A stretch of 63,585 nt of DNA, filler included, from Octopus bimaculoides (GCF_001194135.2; 5 parts of 5 records of this genome joined end to end with filler, not necessarily neighbours in it), one strand, 5' to 3'. Counted from the whole stretch's first letter, positions 1 to 13,355 are shown. Notes: generated from the letters alone by a model not told the origin. Numbers and translations are program-made.

Positions 1-318
1 ATGCAGTAGATTAGATTTCTACTTTTGCAGTTCATGTTCGCATTGGTGAATATTTTCCGTTTTTGTGTTCATATATGGGCCGGTATGGATTGATCGGCAT
101 GTGCCACATCGTCTCTCATTGCATTTGGATACAGTGAATGTTTGATTTTTGTTGCTGAGGTCAAACCTTGCCTTTGTTAATAGTTTTTTCAAGTTTTTAG
201 GTTGTCTCTTACTGAGAGTTATATTTTGATCTGTAATGATATTTCTCAATTCCTTACTTTGTGCAAGGATCGGTAAGTTCGCTTTGATATACATACGTAT
301 GCGTATACGTACAAGGAC
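1..318 (-). mobile_element. Penelope-like element fragment (RT-EN linker and start of GIY-YIG endonuclease)
   Basis: Minus ORF has RQPKNLKKLLTKA and KCNERRCGTC; after a frameshift it reads IFTNANMNCKSRNLIYC, as expected just before the PLE GIY-YIG domain. Confidence 0.75.
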
Positions 319-549
319 ATGGAATATGAACTTTTTTGCGAGCAACGAAAGAAACAAATGAAAAACAAGACATGCAACACAAAGAACGGCCCTTCATCAG
401 TTGTCGGCTGTTTTCCTACTCCGTATTTCGAGCATTTCACGACGAGATACACCTTCGATAAAACAGTTGGTCGCGCAAAGCAAATTAAACGCAACATTTC
501 CAACAAAAGCGAAGTAAACAACGAAAGACAACAAGCCCAGACCGTAGGA

Positions 550-3500
550 ATGTACAATGATGAGCAAAATGCACCAAACCAGAACACCACAGATAAAAAT
601 CTGAACGGGAGGAAATACGAAACAAATGTAAAACCTGGAAACAGTGAAGGTGAACCTAATGATTATGATACTCTAAAAATTAGCAGTATGGGTCACCGAT
701 TGTACCTCCCAACAATTAAGATTGACACTAAAACAACATCAATAATAAATAGCATGGACCTGGCCATCACAGAACTAATAGCTACAGAAACAAATGTCAA
801 TATGACCAGGCTAAATGATATAATATATACAAAAGCCGCTGTGGTCAGAAAAGAAGCTGGATACGCCCTCAAGCCCATCCAAACAGGAGTACCACCACCT
901 AAACAAACACTATGGGTAAATGACATCCAGCAAAAAAAAAAAAAATAGAAAGCAAAAGAAAAGCTCTGTCAATCGTTAACGAAACTAGTAGACAATGAAC
1001 ACTATTAAGCAACAAGAAGAGAACAAAAATACTGTGTAAATGCAAAATTACAGAAAAGGGCATACCTGAGATAAAAGAACAGCTAAAGCAAGACATCCTG
1101 GCCAAAGCACAAAGGATCCGCCGGTATGAGAAACGCCAACGTTTCTTTGCACAAAACAAACAGTTCAACTCCAACCCCAAAAGATTCTACCAAGAACTTG
1201 ACAAAAACAAAATAAATATCAATGCAGCATCAACAGCATAAGAAGAAGAAGAATTTTGGAAAGAAATATGGTCGGCGAGGAAACAATCTCAGAAAAGGTC
1301 TATCAAAACAACGAACTCATCACCTGAAAAACTCTGGACCCCTATAGCAACTGAAGAGGTCACCCAGGCTCTGCAAAACCTAAGCAGCTTGAAGGCACCC
1401 AGGCACGATAACATCCCCAACTTCTGGTTAAAATATCTGAGAGGAACACACAAAAAGCTGGCTGAGAAATTTAATGAAATACAAGCAGAGCCAGAGACAA
1501 TGCCTGAATGGCTCACGGAAGGGAAAACTATTTTAATTCTCAAATCCACTGAAACGGCAAACCACAAAATTACAGACCAATAACTTGTCTCCCTACAATT
1601 TACAAAGTATTTACGACAATAATATCGCAGAGAATGAGCAGGCATCTGGAAGAAAATAACCTGTTTCCAGAAGAGCAGAAGCGATGTTGCAATGGCTCAT
1701 ACAGCTGCAAAGATCAGCTACTGATCAATAAAGCCATAATTGAAGACAGACGCAGAAAGAAGAAAAGTCTAAGTATGACCTGGATCGATTACCGAAAGGC
1801 TTTTTATAGTATTCCCCACACATGGATCCTAGAAACGCTAGCCATGAACAAGGTAGCACCAATAATCATAAAATATATAACACATTCCATGAATAAATGG
1901 CAGACAGTGCTACAGCTCCAGACAAAAGCGGGACTAATAAAAACCAAAGCCACCCCCATTAGAAAAGGAATATTCCAGGGAGACACGCTCTCTCCATTCC
2001 TTTTTCTGCTTGGCAATGACACCTTTATGTGACATGCTAAAGACAACTGGATGCGGATACAACTGTTATGGCAAAACAATCAGCCGCCTCTTATATATGG
2101 GTGACCTAAAACTGTACACTAAAAGTGCTAAACAGCTGGAAACATTACTACTGACAGTACATGGATTTACCAAAGAAATAAACATGAAATTTGGCCTCGA
2201 AAAATGTGCCAAAGCAACCTTGAAAAGAAGAAAACTAGTTAAGAGTAACAACATCACACTAGATAAAGCAAATGAAATAAGAGAATTAGACCAAAGCCAG
2301 ACATACAAATACTTAGGAATCAATGAAGTAGATACGATACAATACACACAAATGAAAGAGAAAATAAAAAAAGAATACTATAGACGAGTTAGATTTATAC
2401 TGAAAACAGCCGTCCCAGTTATAAGTTAAAGCTACAATATACTTAACTGGACGCTAAATGAACTAATCAAAATAGTCAGGAAAACATGAAAAATAATGAC
2501 CGGATTTAGGATACACCACCCAAAATCTAACATAGAAAGGTTATATATACAAAGTATAGAAGGTGGTAGAGGCTTTATACAGCTAGAAAATTATTACAAA
2601 GCAGCCACCATAGGATTACAAAAATATCTACTTCAGAAGCAAGGAAAACTAATACAAATAGACAGCAAACACGAGCAAAACAAAAAATTGTTTTCAGTTT
2701 TTAAGGAAGCCGACAAATAGAAACAAGAAATTATACTACCTAACAACTATGAAGAAAAATAAGAAACAACAAAAGCTGTAAAACAACTGAAATCCAATCT
2801 AAAACTGGAATAACAACGGATCATGATAAAACGATGGCAAGAAAAACCTCTTCATGGTAAATACTGGGTTAAGCTAGACGCAAAATCCCAACAATAGCTG
2901 ACAAGATCAGGACTCAAAACAGAGACTGAATGATTTTTAATTGCAGCACAAGACCAAAGCCTTCCCACCAGAAATTACCAAAAAACATAAAATAAAGATA
3001 AGTAACTGCAGAATATGTGGAGATGGACAAGAAACAATTAATCAACTTGTCTCTGACTGCCCAGTCCTGGTTAAGAAGGAATATATTCACAGACACGACA
3101 GAGTTGGGACCTAGATACACTGGAAGCTATGCCAACACTATGGAATAACAACAGAAAAAAGATGGTATAGGCACACGCCAGAGAAGGTCACGGAAAATGA
3201 GAAAGAAGCAATATTATGGGATATGCCAATAGACACAGATAGAGAAATTAAGGCCAATAGGCCAGATATAGTTGTCAGAGATCATGAAAAAACGAAATGC
3301 TTTTTAATTGATGTATCAATACCAACAGATGATAACATTTCTCCGAAAGAAATGGAGACACTTTCAAAATGCAAAAACGTCGAAATAGAGGTAACACGAA
3401 TGTGGAGTGTGAAAACAGAAACAATTCTTATCATAATAGGCGCATTAGGTATGGTAAAAAAATATTCAGACAAATACATAACAAAAACATCAGGACGAAC

Positions 3501-3660
3501 ATACAGAAAATAGCACTACTAGGCACAGCACACATCCTGCGTAAAACACTTTCAATACAGTAACTATAAGAGCATCACAGCAAACCACAGCAGATACCCA
3601 AGGCACACAGAGCTGCGCTCGGAAGTGAAGTGAAAGCATGTGATAAAAATAAGACCACTG
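550..3660 (+). mobile_element. R4/Dong-type non-LTR retrotransposon (RT + CCHC + REL endonuclease), decayed
   Basis: Fragmented + ORFs: KAPRHDNIPNFWLK, CKDQLLINK, WIDYRKAFYSIPH, KGIFQGDTLSP, LLYMGDLKLY (D->G), FGLEKCA, YKYLG, CRICGDGQETINQLVSDCPVL..YIHRHD, ILWDMPIDTD..ANRPDIVV..LIDVSIP, IIGALG, ALLGTAHILRK. Ends in TGA/TAA repeats. The 5' boundary is approximate. Confidence 0.9.
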
Positions 3661-3680
3661 AATGATAATGATAATAATAA

Positions 3681-4700
3681 TACTTTCTTTATTGGCTATC
3701 AGGGCCAAACACAAAACATAGATGACGATACACAGACGAAGGACAATGAGGTTAAACGTGTAAACAGCAAACAAACACAACTATTTACAAAGAGATTAAA
3801 TCAACAAAATGCTTCCCCAATAGGGGGCAGTTCCACGTAAGGTTGCCAAAAAGATTTCAAGCACTTTGGACCCCTTAAGGCCAACGGCTCTACAGTAAGG
3901 CACCCGCTCTTCTCCCTTCCATCTGGCTTACAGGCGCATACTTAGAGTAGGCCCATTCTTGCCCCATTCACTCACCTTTCAAGGAACTTGCTGGGTGACA
4001 GTGCCTCCCTTTCCAGCTTCATTTTCCTTTTCAGGTGGAACCTGAAAAAGTCAATAAGGCCTTTACCAAAGAAGAAGGTACCCGTCTTCAACCCTTTCAA
4101 TAGTATCCGCCACAACCTCTTTTGCTATGGCCACCAGACAGAGAAAAATTTGCCCTCCCTACCCGGCCAAAGGAAGGAGGTGGGGTGATTTTCCCAATGG
4201 ACTAGGACAATAGCCAGATCAGTCCTACACGTGACAATAACTGTTCGACAAAGTTCCACAAGTCAGCAATGCACTGCGCGGACACTGTACGAGAGCGTGC
4301 AGAATGATTTCATCGTTCCGCGTGCATCTCGGACAAGCCCGACTGACTGCACACGTCTGTAAAAATACAGGTGAGAATCCAACATAAATCCAAGCCTGGT
4401 GAGATACCAGATACCGTAATTCGTACCACACTTCTTCCGATATATGTTGGGAAGTGGCGATTTCTTCGGTGCGACGCTTTATCAACGAGCTCTGTATCGC
4501 CTGCCCTTCGGTCTTAAAAAGGACCTCTACTAAATTTGAAAACGTGAATGTTTGTATCACCTCCAAAATGGAGTTTTGGTTAACAAACGTCAGCTCCCAG
4601 AAGGACAGCTGACTTGCAAAACGATTTAAACAACAAAATACAGTATAGAACCTTTTAAACAACTGAATTAGTCACAAACTCACAGAGCTCCAAAAACACA
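3681..4700 (-). mobile_element. Tx1/L1-like LINE 3' fragment
   Basis: Minus strand has a CCHC knuckle (CPRCTRNDEIILHALVQCP), a C-terminal FFRFHLKRKMKLEREALSPSKFLERW, and a T-rich 3' UTR ending AATAAAGAAAG followed by an (ATT)n/(ATC)n tail. Confidence 0.65.
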
Positions 4701-5399
4701 CCTCCAGCCATGACGGCAATAATAATNNNNNNNNNNNNNNNNNNNNNNNNNNNNNNNNNNNNNNNNNNNNNNNNNNNNNNNNNNNNNNNNNNNNNNNNNN
4801 NNNNNNNNNNNNNNNNNNNNNNNNNNNNNNNNNNNNNNNNNNNNNNNNNNNNNNNNNNNNNNNNNNNNNNNNNNNNNNNNNNNNNNNNNNNNNNNNNNNN
4901 NNNNNNNNNNNNNNNNNNNNNNNNNNNNNNNNNNNNNNNNNNNNNNNNNNNNNNNNNNNNNNNNNNNNNNNNNNNNNNNNNNNNNNNNNNNNNNNNNNNN
5001 NNNNNNNNNNNNNNNNNNNNNNNNNNNNNNNNNNNNNNNNNNNNNNNNNNNNNNNNNNNNNNNNNNNNNNNNNNNNNNNNNNNNNNNNNNNNNNNNNNNN
5101 NNNNNNNNNNNNNNNNNNNNNNNNNNNNNNNNNNNNNNNNNNNNNNNNNNNNNNNNNNNNNGGAGGAGGAGGAGGAGGAGGAGGAGTTATAATTTTAGTG
5201 TTAACAGAAAAATGAGATTCCAATCATATTTCCTAATAGGTGCATTATTGCTAAGAACAAAACCATAAGCATGGAGGTATTATGTTTTGCTCTGATGGTT
5301 TATTTTTGTAAAGAAAACCAACAACAAAAAATTCTCTATATTTCATTTGCGTTTTTCTTCATCATTACAGTATTAGCTAATCTTTTATTTCTAATTATT

Positions 5400-5925
5400 T
5401 CAGGTCATTCGACTGCGACCAAGCTGGTGCAACACCTTGAAGCTTGTTTTTTTATCCAACAAATATACCCCTGTACTTAGTTTTAAAATCTGGTGCTTAT
5501 TCAATGAGTTTCTTTTAGTGAATCTCTAGGTTAAAGAACGTAAAGAAATCAACACCGGTTATGGAGCCTTGTGGTGGTAGTAGTGGGGTGACAAACACGG
5601 ATACAAGCACTCACATTTGCACCACGTCTCTTATCTGTTCTCTGTCCCAATCTTCTTCCCGCTTGCTTACCAACTACATGGTCCCGGGTTCAGTCCCACT
5701 GTGTGGCACCTTGGGCAAGTATCTTCCACTACAGAAGATATTTGCCCACCATCGCTTGACAACCAACGGTAGCGTGTTTCCGTCTCCGTAACTTAGAGGT
5801 TCGGCAAAGAGACTGATAGAATAAGTACTAGGCTTAGAAAGAATAAGTCCTGGGGTCGATTTGTTCGACTAAAGGTGGTGCTCCAGCATGGCCGCAGTCA
5901 AATAACTGGAACAAATAAAAGAATA
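5400..5925. mobile_element. SINE family C: minus tail fragment plus a + copy
   Basis: ggtcccgggttcagtcccact (B-box-like) ... gtaagt-free tail gctccagcatggccgcagtcaaa..ctg.aacaaataaaaga; the same sequence recurs at 13470, 19025 and 61524. Confidence 0.75.
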
Positions 5926-6243
5926 CATACATATATGTATATATATATGTATATANNNNNNNNNNNNNNNNNNNNNNNNNNNNNNNNNNNNNNNNNNNNN
6001 NNNNNNNNNNNNNNNNNNNNNNNNNNNNNNNNNNNNNNNNNNNNNNNNNNNNNNNNNNNNNNNNNNNNNNNNNNNNNNNNNNNNNNNNNNNNNNNNNNNN
6101 NNNNNNNNNNNNNNNNNNNNNNNNNNNNNNNNNNNNNNNNNNNNNNNNNNNNNNNNNNNNNNNNNNNNNNNNNNNNNNNNNNNNNNNNNNNNNNNNNNNN
6201 NNNNNNNNNNNNNNNNNNNNNNNNNNNNNNNNNNNNNNNNNNN

Positions 6244-6282
<39 letters not shown>

Positions 6283-6284
6283 AT

Positions 6285-6450
6285 ATCTGACCGGCTTCCA
6301 CATAGTTTCCGTTTACCAAATTTGCTCACAAAGCATTGTTTGCTTCAGTGCGTTATAATAGAAAACACTTGCCAAAGGTACCATGCAGTGGGACTGAACC
6401 CGAAACTACGTGGTTGAAAAGCGGTCTTCTTAACCATACGCTCTCGCGCC
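6285..6450 (-). mobile_element. SINE family C, 5' half
   Basis: Reverse complement of the family C head (gggactgaacccg, gtttccgtttaccaaat). Confidence 0.7.
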
Positions 6451-7179
6451 TGCACCTATATTATATAATACATATAACTAATTGATATCCTATAGTTTTA
6501 TGGGGCTTACTTTTCTTCTCTGGATTATCATTCTTAACCTTTGACAGTCCATATACAATTGCTCGTGTTCTCATGCTCATATTCACAGCATTTTGTAATT
6601 CTATTTGCAATTTCTGCTGCATTTCAATACAGCAGAATTAGGAATGTTGTGTTGCAACCTCATTGAATGTAATGTCTGGTAATTAATCTGTATAGAGAGG
6701 GTTTATGTGTTTGTCTGGTGTTAAAGACACATAAATTATAATGTAATGTTTATGGAGGCAAGTGAGATTTTGATGCTGAACTAAACCAATTAAAACGTAG
6801 ACTATACAATTACGTACCCTTGTAATCCTACGATGCTGAGAAAGAATGAGGTGTGATTGAGTGTGAGAAGAGGATAAGCAATGGAAAGACAAATTAGGTT
6901 TGGTAAGATTTATATCAACTTCGGAAGTTTACTGTGTTTAAAAATATTCTCTAAATAAGATTCGTTATCTGACAAAAAGCGACATTCAAATGATGGTATG
7001 TGATTAGAAAGTGAAAGGAATAACCAGTAGAGTTTCGTGGTAAGTAATTTGCGAGTATTTGATTTCGTAATAAGACGAAATTTGATTGTGAAAAGAAATA
7101 AAAAGTAAACCAAAAATTGTTGCTACATTTGACTTTACTTTTCAATTGTATATGGTTGTGCCATAATATGTGCACTAGG

Positions 7180-7323
7180 CGCAGACGTATCCGTGTGGTA
7201 AAAAGCTTGCTTCCCAACCACATGATTCTGAGCTCACACCCAGTGCATGGCACCTTGGATAAGTGTCTTCTGCTATAGAAGACCAACCAAAAGGGTTTGG
7301 TAGACGGAAACTTAAAAAACTAG

Positions 7324-7410
<87 letters not shown>

Positions 7411-7850
7411 TGTGTGTGTGTGTGTGTGTATGTATATATAGTGAATCCAAACAAAGAAGAACAAACAAGAAAAAACAACAATAACGTGAGAACGTGGTAC
7501 AAGTACTGTATTATCAGACGCTCAGGAAAGGAAGGAAAGAGAATTTAACGTTTCGAGCCAAGCTCTTCTTCAGAAATAGAGGAAAGTCCAAAGGAAGGGA
7601 AGACGGAGGAAGAAAATTGCCAGCGATACACACGTGGTTGTGTCCTTGTTTGTTATCCACCACTACTTGGAAACCGGTGTTCGTTCCCCATGCATTATCG
7701 ATTTGGCAAAAGTGACCTATAAAATAAATACCAGGCTTTAAAAAAAATACGTACTGGTGTCGATTCATTCGACTAAAAATTTCTTCAAGACAGTGACTGA
7801 GCATAGCTGCAGTCTAATGACTGAAACAACTAAAGGATAAAAATAGAAAT
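7180..7850 (+). mobile_element. SINE family C split by an expanded (TA)n(TG)n tract
   Basis: Head at 7180-7325 and tail at ~7610-7850 match the other family C copies. Confidence 0.6.
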
Positions 7851-8290
7851 GAAACGGGGTTTAAGTCAATCCTGAATTGCAAGCTTCCATGCCTGCCGAA
7901 TTGCAGCCAGAGCTTCTTCTGAGTGTCCTCTGACTTCTTTTACAAACGGTGATAAAAGCTGCTGTAAGTAATGACATATTTCATGACCTTTCATTTTGTT
8001 TCACTGATCATCAGTACAGTTTATATAGAGACAGATTTACCATGTTCTCTCACTCTCATTTACTCTTTGTCCCTCTTTCCTCGTCTCTCCCTCCTTCCTA
8101 CCTTCACCCTCCCTCTTCTCTTCCACCTTCCTATTTTCCCCCTCTCTCTTTTCTCACTCTCTCTAATATCATAACCTCCTTTCGTAGTTAAGTTTCTCCC
8201 TTAAGTAATTTGTCTGTCATTTCTTAAATCGGAAGGATCCTTAGTCTGATCTATCCCTGGGTCATTTATAAGCCAATATTTTTCTTTATA

Positions 8291-8503
8291 AGGCGGCGAG
8301 CTGGCAGAAACGTTAGCACGCAGCGCGAAATGCTTTGCTGTATTTCGTCTGTCTTTATCTTCTGAGTTCAATTTCCGCCGAGGTCGACTTTGCCTGTCAT
8401 CCTTTCGGTGTCGATAAATTAAGTACCAGTTGCGTACTGGAGTCGATATAATCGACTGGCCCCCTCCCCCAAAATTTCGGGCTTTGCGCCTAGAGTAGAA
8501 AAG
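8291..8503 (+). mobile_element. SINE family A (tRNA head, Meta-SINE-like core)
   Basis: aggcggcgagctggcag head, ctgagttcaa.ttcc B-box, and core gtcgactttgcct.tcatcctttcgg.gtcgataaattaagtaccag, which I recall as resembling the Meta/Sauria-SINE core. Flanked by identical aatatttttctttata at 8275-8290 and 8504-8519 (putative TSD, possibly partly tail). Confidence 0.8.
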
Positions 8504-9850
8504 AATATTTTTCTTTATATCAACATCTCCCCAATTACATAGTCCAGTGAAAGCACGTTATACTTCGTTACTGAGAAGGCGCCTGGACTAGCAGCTAGCT
8601 TGGTTTGATTTGACATTTGGGCCAAGCAGCGCGTTATCTCCTTAAGTAAGGCACCTCATTTCACATTGCTCCAGTCTTCGCTGAAAATATGTACCAACCG
8701 CGTAAGTGAGGCAAAGTGTTGCACCAGCGTGCAACACTTTGTCTCATCTACTCTCACATCCTGGATATTCTACTGGTCAACAAGTAGAAGAGCCGAGATG
8801 ACACAGGAAGCTAAAACAACTAGCGAAAAAGCATCGTATATTTCATTGAGTCATACTCGTTTTACAAGTGACAGGTATGTTTTACAGTAGAGGTATGGAG
8901 TTTAGTAGTTAAGGTATTCGGCTCATGACGATAAGATTGCGGGTTCAATTCCTGGACTGAGCAGTGCGTTGTGTCCTTAACGCTGATCCAGTCTACATAA
9001 ATATAATGTAACTTAACCAGGTTTTGTACCATCCACTTTCATTCTAGCCGTTATTTCTTGGATGTTTTGCCGGGCCAGGAATGAGCGGGAGATGAATTAT
9101 CACTGTTTACTCGCTATTATACAAGCATCTATAACTATTAGCAACAGGGTGGTACATGCTACTCAACCTTACTCGCTCGCAGGTGAAGAAAACTGGCTTT
9201 AGTCCGTAACTATATCCATACACAACCCATATTATATACCCTGATTCTATCTACATAATACCCTCTACTCGTAATCTATGTGAAAATAATTTATTTCAGA
9301 CACATGTACAAGAAAAATTTAAAACAAAACAAAACAAATCTTTATAATTGAAAAGTTACTGACAGCTCCTTACAGATGTTATTGAGGGTGATAAATGAGA
9401 TGGGCAGCTGATGAAACAGCATATTCATCTACATATCCTGCAGTTTTCTTCTTTATATCTATCAAGGTTTCATTTCAGCCCTTTCAACTGCTCACAAGAT
9501 CATCATCAGAGCTCTTACTTTCATTGCAGTCATCATCACCCTTGCTGCTTCATGAAAGCTAATATCGTCATCCCAGTCTCAACCACCACCACCACTGCCA
9601 CCGCCGCCGCCGCCGCTGCCGCCCCCACCTCCACCACTACTGCGAATAATACCACCACCATCACCACCACCACTTTTATTATCACTATTACTACGTCAAC
9701 CATTGCTACAATAGTCATCACCGCAGCAACCATCACCACTCGTCTCATTCCTACTACCCTCATCACCGCTGTAACCATCACCAAAGCAGCCATCAGCACA
9801 ACCATTACCATTGCAACCACCACCACTGCCACCACTGCCACTATCACCAA

Positions 9851-10137
9851 AAGCAACCATCACCACAGCAACCATCACCACAGCAACCATCACCACAGCA
9901 ACCATCACCACAGCAACCATCACCACAGCAACCATCACCACAGCAACCATCACCACAGCAACCATCACCACATCAACCATCACCACAGCAACCATCACCA
10001 CAGTAACCATCACCACAGCAACCATCACCACAGCAACCATCACCACAGCAATCATCACCACAGCAACCATCACCACAGCAACCAGAACCACAGCAACCAG
10101 AACCACAGCAACCATCACCACAGCAACCAGAACCACA
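9851..10137. repeat. 15-bp minisatellite (CAGCAACCATCACCA), ~19 copies
   Basis: Direct reading; distal units carry the variant CAGCAACCAGAACCA. It sits in CAC/CAT-rich low-complexity sequence spanning ~9520-10850. Confidence 0.95.
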
Positions 10138-10169
10138 GACACCATTAGCAAAGAATTTATCAACACAAC

Positions 10170-10545
10170 TAACATCATAGCAACTATCATCGTAACAATT
10201 ATCGCCATAGCAACTATAACCATAACAACTAATGCCATAACATCTATCCCCATAGCAACTATAGACTTGACAACTATCGCCATAGCAACTATCGTTATAA
10301 CAACTACGACCATAACAATTATCTCCATAGCAACTATCACCATAACAATTATCTTCATAGCAAACTATTGCCATAACAACTATCTCTACAACAACTAACA
10401 CCATAACTACCACCATAGCAATAATCACCATAACAACTACCGCCATAGTAACTATCACTATTACAGGTAACACCGTAGTAACCACCGCCATAACAGCTAT
10501 CACCATAGCGACTAGAGCCATGGCAACGATCATCGTAGCAAACTA
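10170..10545. repeat. Degenerate 15/18-bp array (CCATAGCAACTAT-type units)
   Basis: Recurrent ccatagcaactat / ccataacaact units. Confidence 0.8.
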
Positions 10546-11992
10546 TTAACTGAGACACCAACAACACAGATACTTATCAACATATATCACATTCACCATT
10601 ACTGTCATCATCGCTGTCATCATCAAAAGCTGCTAATTTTCTTTCATCCTACCATCAACGACACTATCACTCCAACTCCTAACCACTTCACCCCCACAAT
10701 CTCAACCACTACCACCACCGCAACTACTACCACTGACATTAACACCCCAATCATCACCAACCGCTATCACAACAACCTACACCAGCTTTTTATTTCACCA
10801 TACTACTACTTACGCTATCACCATCACTATTATCACCTTCAGCTGAGGAAGCCTCCACATGGTTACTACCGTGTGAAGAAAATATCAGAATGGTGTGATG
10901 CATCAGAGAGTGCAGCTCTGCATGCAGTCTGGTGAAAAAACAGCGTAGTCAGGGCTAGAATGCTAGGAATGGGTCGGAATTAACGACTATATCCAATGCA
11001 TTTATATTCTAATTTCTTTAAAAAGGAGACACAATATAGTCCTTTATTCATGAAAAATAAAACAAAAAACAAACAAACAGGATGATCGTGGTTTGATCGC
11101 TTTTATGACAGGTATGGTCAATCAGGTGTGATTTGGGACTAAACAATAACAACAGCTAATATATCCCTCCCTACCATGTCAAACTTACTATCATTTAAAT
11201 TTGAACATACTATCATTTAAATTTGAACAAACATCACTATCAGTTACCTAGTCGTCGAGTCAGGCACTGTGCTCGGTAGAATGTGCTAGAAACAGCGAGT
11301 CAAAATTAGTTGGCCCAAAACAACGGGTCAGAACTCGCTAAGATAATAGCCAACCAAATTTATAGTAACAAAAAAAAAAACTTGTTTAACAGTAAGACAT
11401 AAGTAAACTATGTGAATGAAAGTTGATAAGATCTTGTTTGGAACATCTTTGCTCATAGATATGTAGCAGTCCTATAGGTTGATTTGAATACCAAAACTTG
11501 TTTACAATCGAGAATTGCTTTGTAATAAACAACTGGAAGTTTGGCAGATCAAGTAATGACGTCAGCAAAAAATATGGCTAGACTAGTAAAATTATATGTA
11601 AACATTACAAAACATCCGAGTGATAACAGTTTTGTACAATCAGATTTATTCTGGAGAGTATTAAAGGAGGGCAGATTAACACTGGCACACTGGTATAAAC
11701 ATCAGCGCACTAACGATGTAAGCAACAAAATGTAACGGCAGGAAAATTCTTGTATTCAACAGGATCCTCACAAGTACGACTATCAAAATGCCGAACTTTA
11801 AAAAGAACTTAGTACACACACCGCTTTCAAAAGAACATTCTTGTTATTCATACTACTATGGACAGAACTTTCCGACGTTATTCTGTCCTCGATAGTAAAT
11901 GGATGATAAATCGCAAACGAACAACTTTTCTCCTCATTTATCTACCGATAATGGTTTTTTCCACACCGAACTACTTGGTAAAAATATTACTT

Positions 11993-13135
11993 GTTAATTT
12001 ATTAATAAATTAATAATCCTTTACCCTATATCTGTAATGAGTATATATATACATATATGTATATATAAACAATATATGAGTATATGCATATATATGTACA
12101 TGTATGTATATACGTTCATCCACATGTACATATAGATACATAACTGGGTACATGACGTGGCAAAAGATCAAAGACAAAAATGGTAAACAAGGTGCAACAA
12201 ACAAGCAGGCCACATAGAAACATCCCCTTCATCAGCTGCCACCATTAAAACTCCGGCGTTTCGAAGAATTAAGGCAGTACGCATCGTTATAATANNNNNN
12301 NNNNNNNNNNNNNNNNNNNNNNNNNNNNNNNNNNNNNNNNNNNNNNNNNNNNNNNNNNNNNNNNNNNNNNNNNNNNNNNNNNNNNNNNNNNNNNNNNNNN
12401 NNNNNNNNNNNNNNNNNNNNNNNNNNNNNNNNNNNNNNNNNNNNNNNNNNNNNNNNNNNNNNNNNNNNNNNNNNNNNNNNNNNNNNNNNNNNNNNNNNNN
12501 NNNNNNNNNNNNNNNNNNNNNNNNNNNNNNNNNNNNNNNNNNNNNNNNNNNNNNNNNNNNNNNNNNNNNNNNNNNNNNNNNNNNNNNNNNNNNNNNNNNN
12601 NNNNNNNNNNNNNNNNNNNNNNNNNNNNNNNNNNNNNNNNNNNNNNNNNNNNNNNNNNNNNNNNNNNNNNNNNNNNNNNNNNNNNNNNNNNNNNNNNNNN
12701 NNNNNNNNNNNNNNNNNNNNNNNNNNNNNNNNNNNNNNNNNNNNNNNNNNNNNNNNNNNNNNNNNNNNNNNNNNNNNNNNNNNNNNNNNNNNNNNNNNNN
12801 NNNNNNNNNNNNNNNNNNNNNNNNNNNNNNNNNGTTAATTTATTAATAAATTAATAATCCTTTACCCTATATCTGTAATGAGTATATATATACATATATG
12901 TATATATAAACAATATATGAGTATATGCATATATATGTACATGTATGTATATACGTTCATCCACATGTACATATAGATACATAACTGGGTCCATGACGTG
13001 GCAAAAGAACAAGGACAAAAATGGTAAACAAGGTGCAACAAACAAGCAGGCCACATAGAAACATCCCCTTCATCAGCTGCCACCATTAAAACTCCGGCGT
13101 TTCGAAGAATTAAGGCAGTACGCATCGTTATAATA
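11993..13135. repeat. 302-bp near-identical duplication flanking an N gap (11993-12294 and 12834-13135)
   Basis: The copies differ at about 3 positions (gggtacatg/gggtccatg; gatcaaagac/gaacaaggac) and each abuts the gap exactly. Confidence 0.9.
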
Positions 13136-13313
13136 TACATATGTTTATATTCATATATTGTTTGTTTTTATGCTCAATTATAATAAAAAAACAATTTTAC
13201 ATTGACCTGATAGACTACTCTACACTTTTGTAGATTACAAATTAGATATTCTTAAACAAGAATGTTGTTGACAGTGATTTTAAACTGCGCGCGCGCGCTC
13301 ATTAATGCGGGCA

Positions 13314-13355
<42 letters not shown>

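Noticed and set aside
9851-10137. CRISPR-like periodicity
   Set aside because: Contiguous units with no unique spacers, in eukaryotic context; this is a minisatellite.
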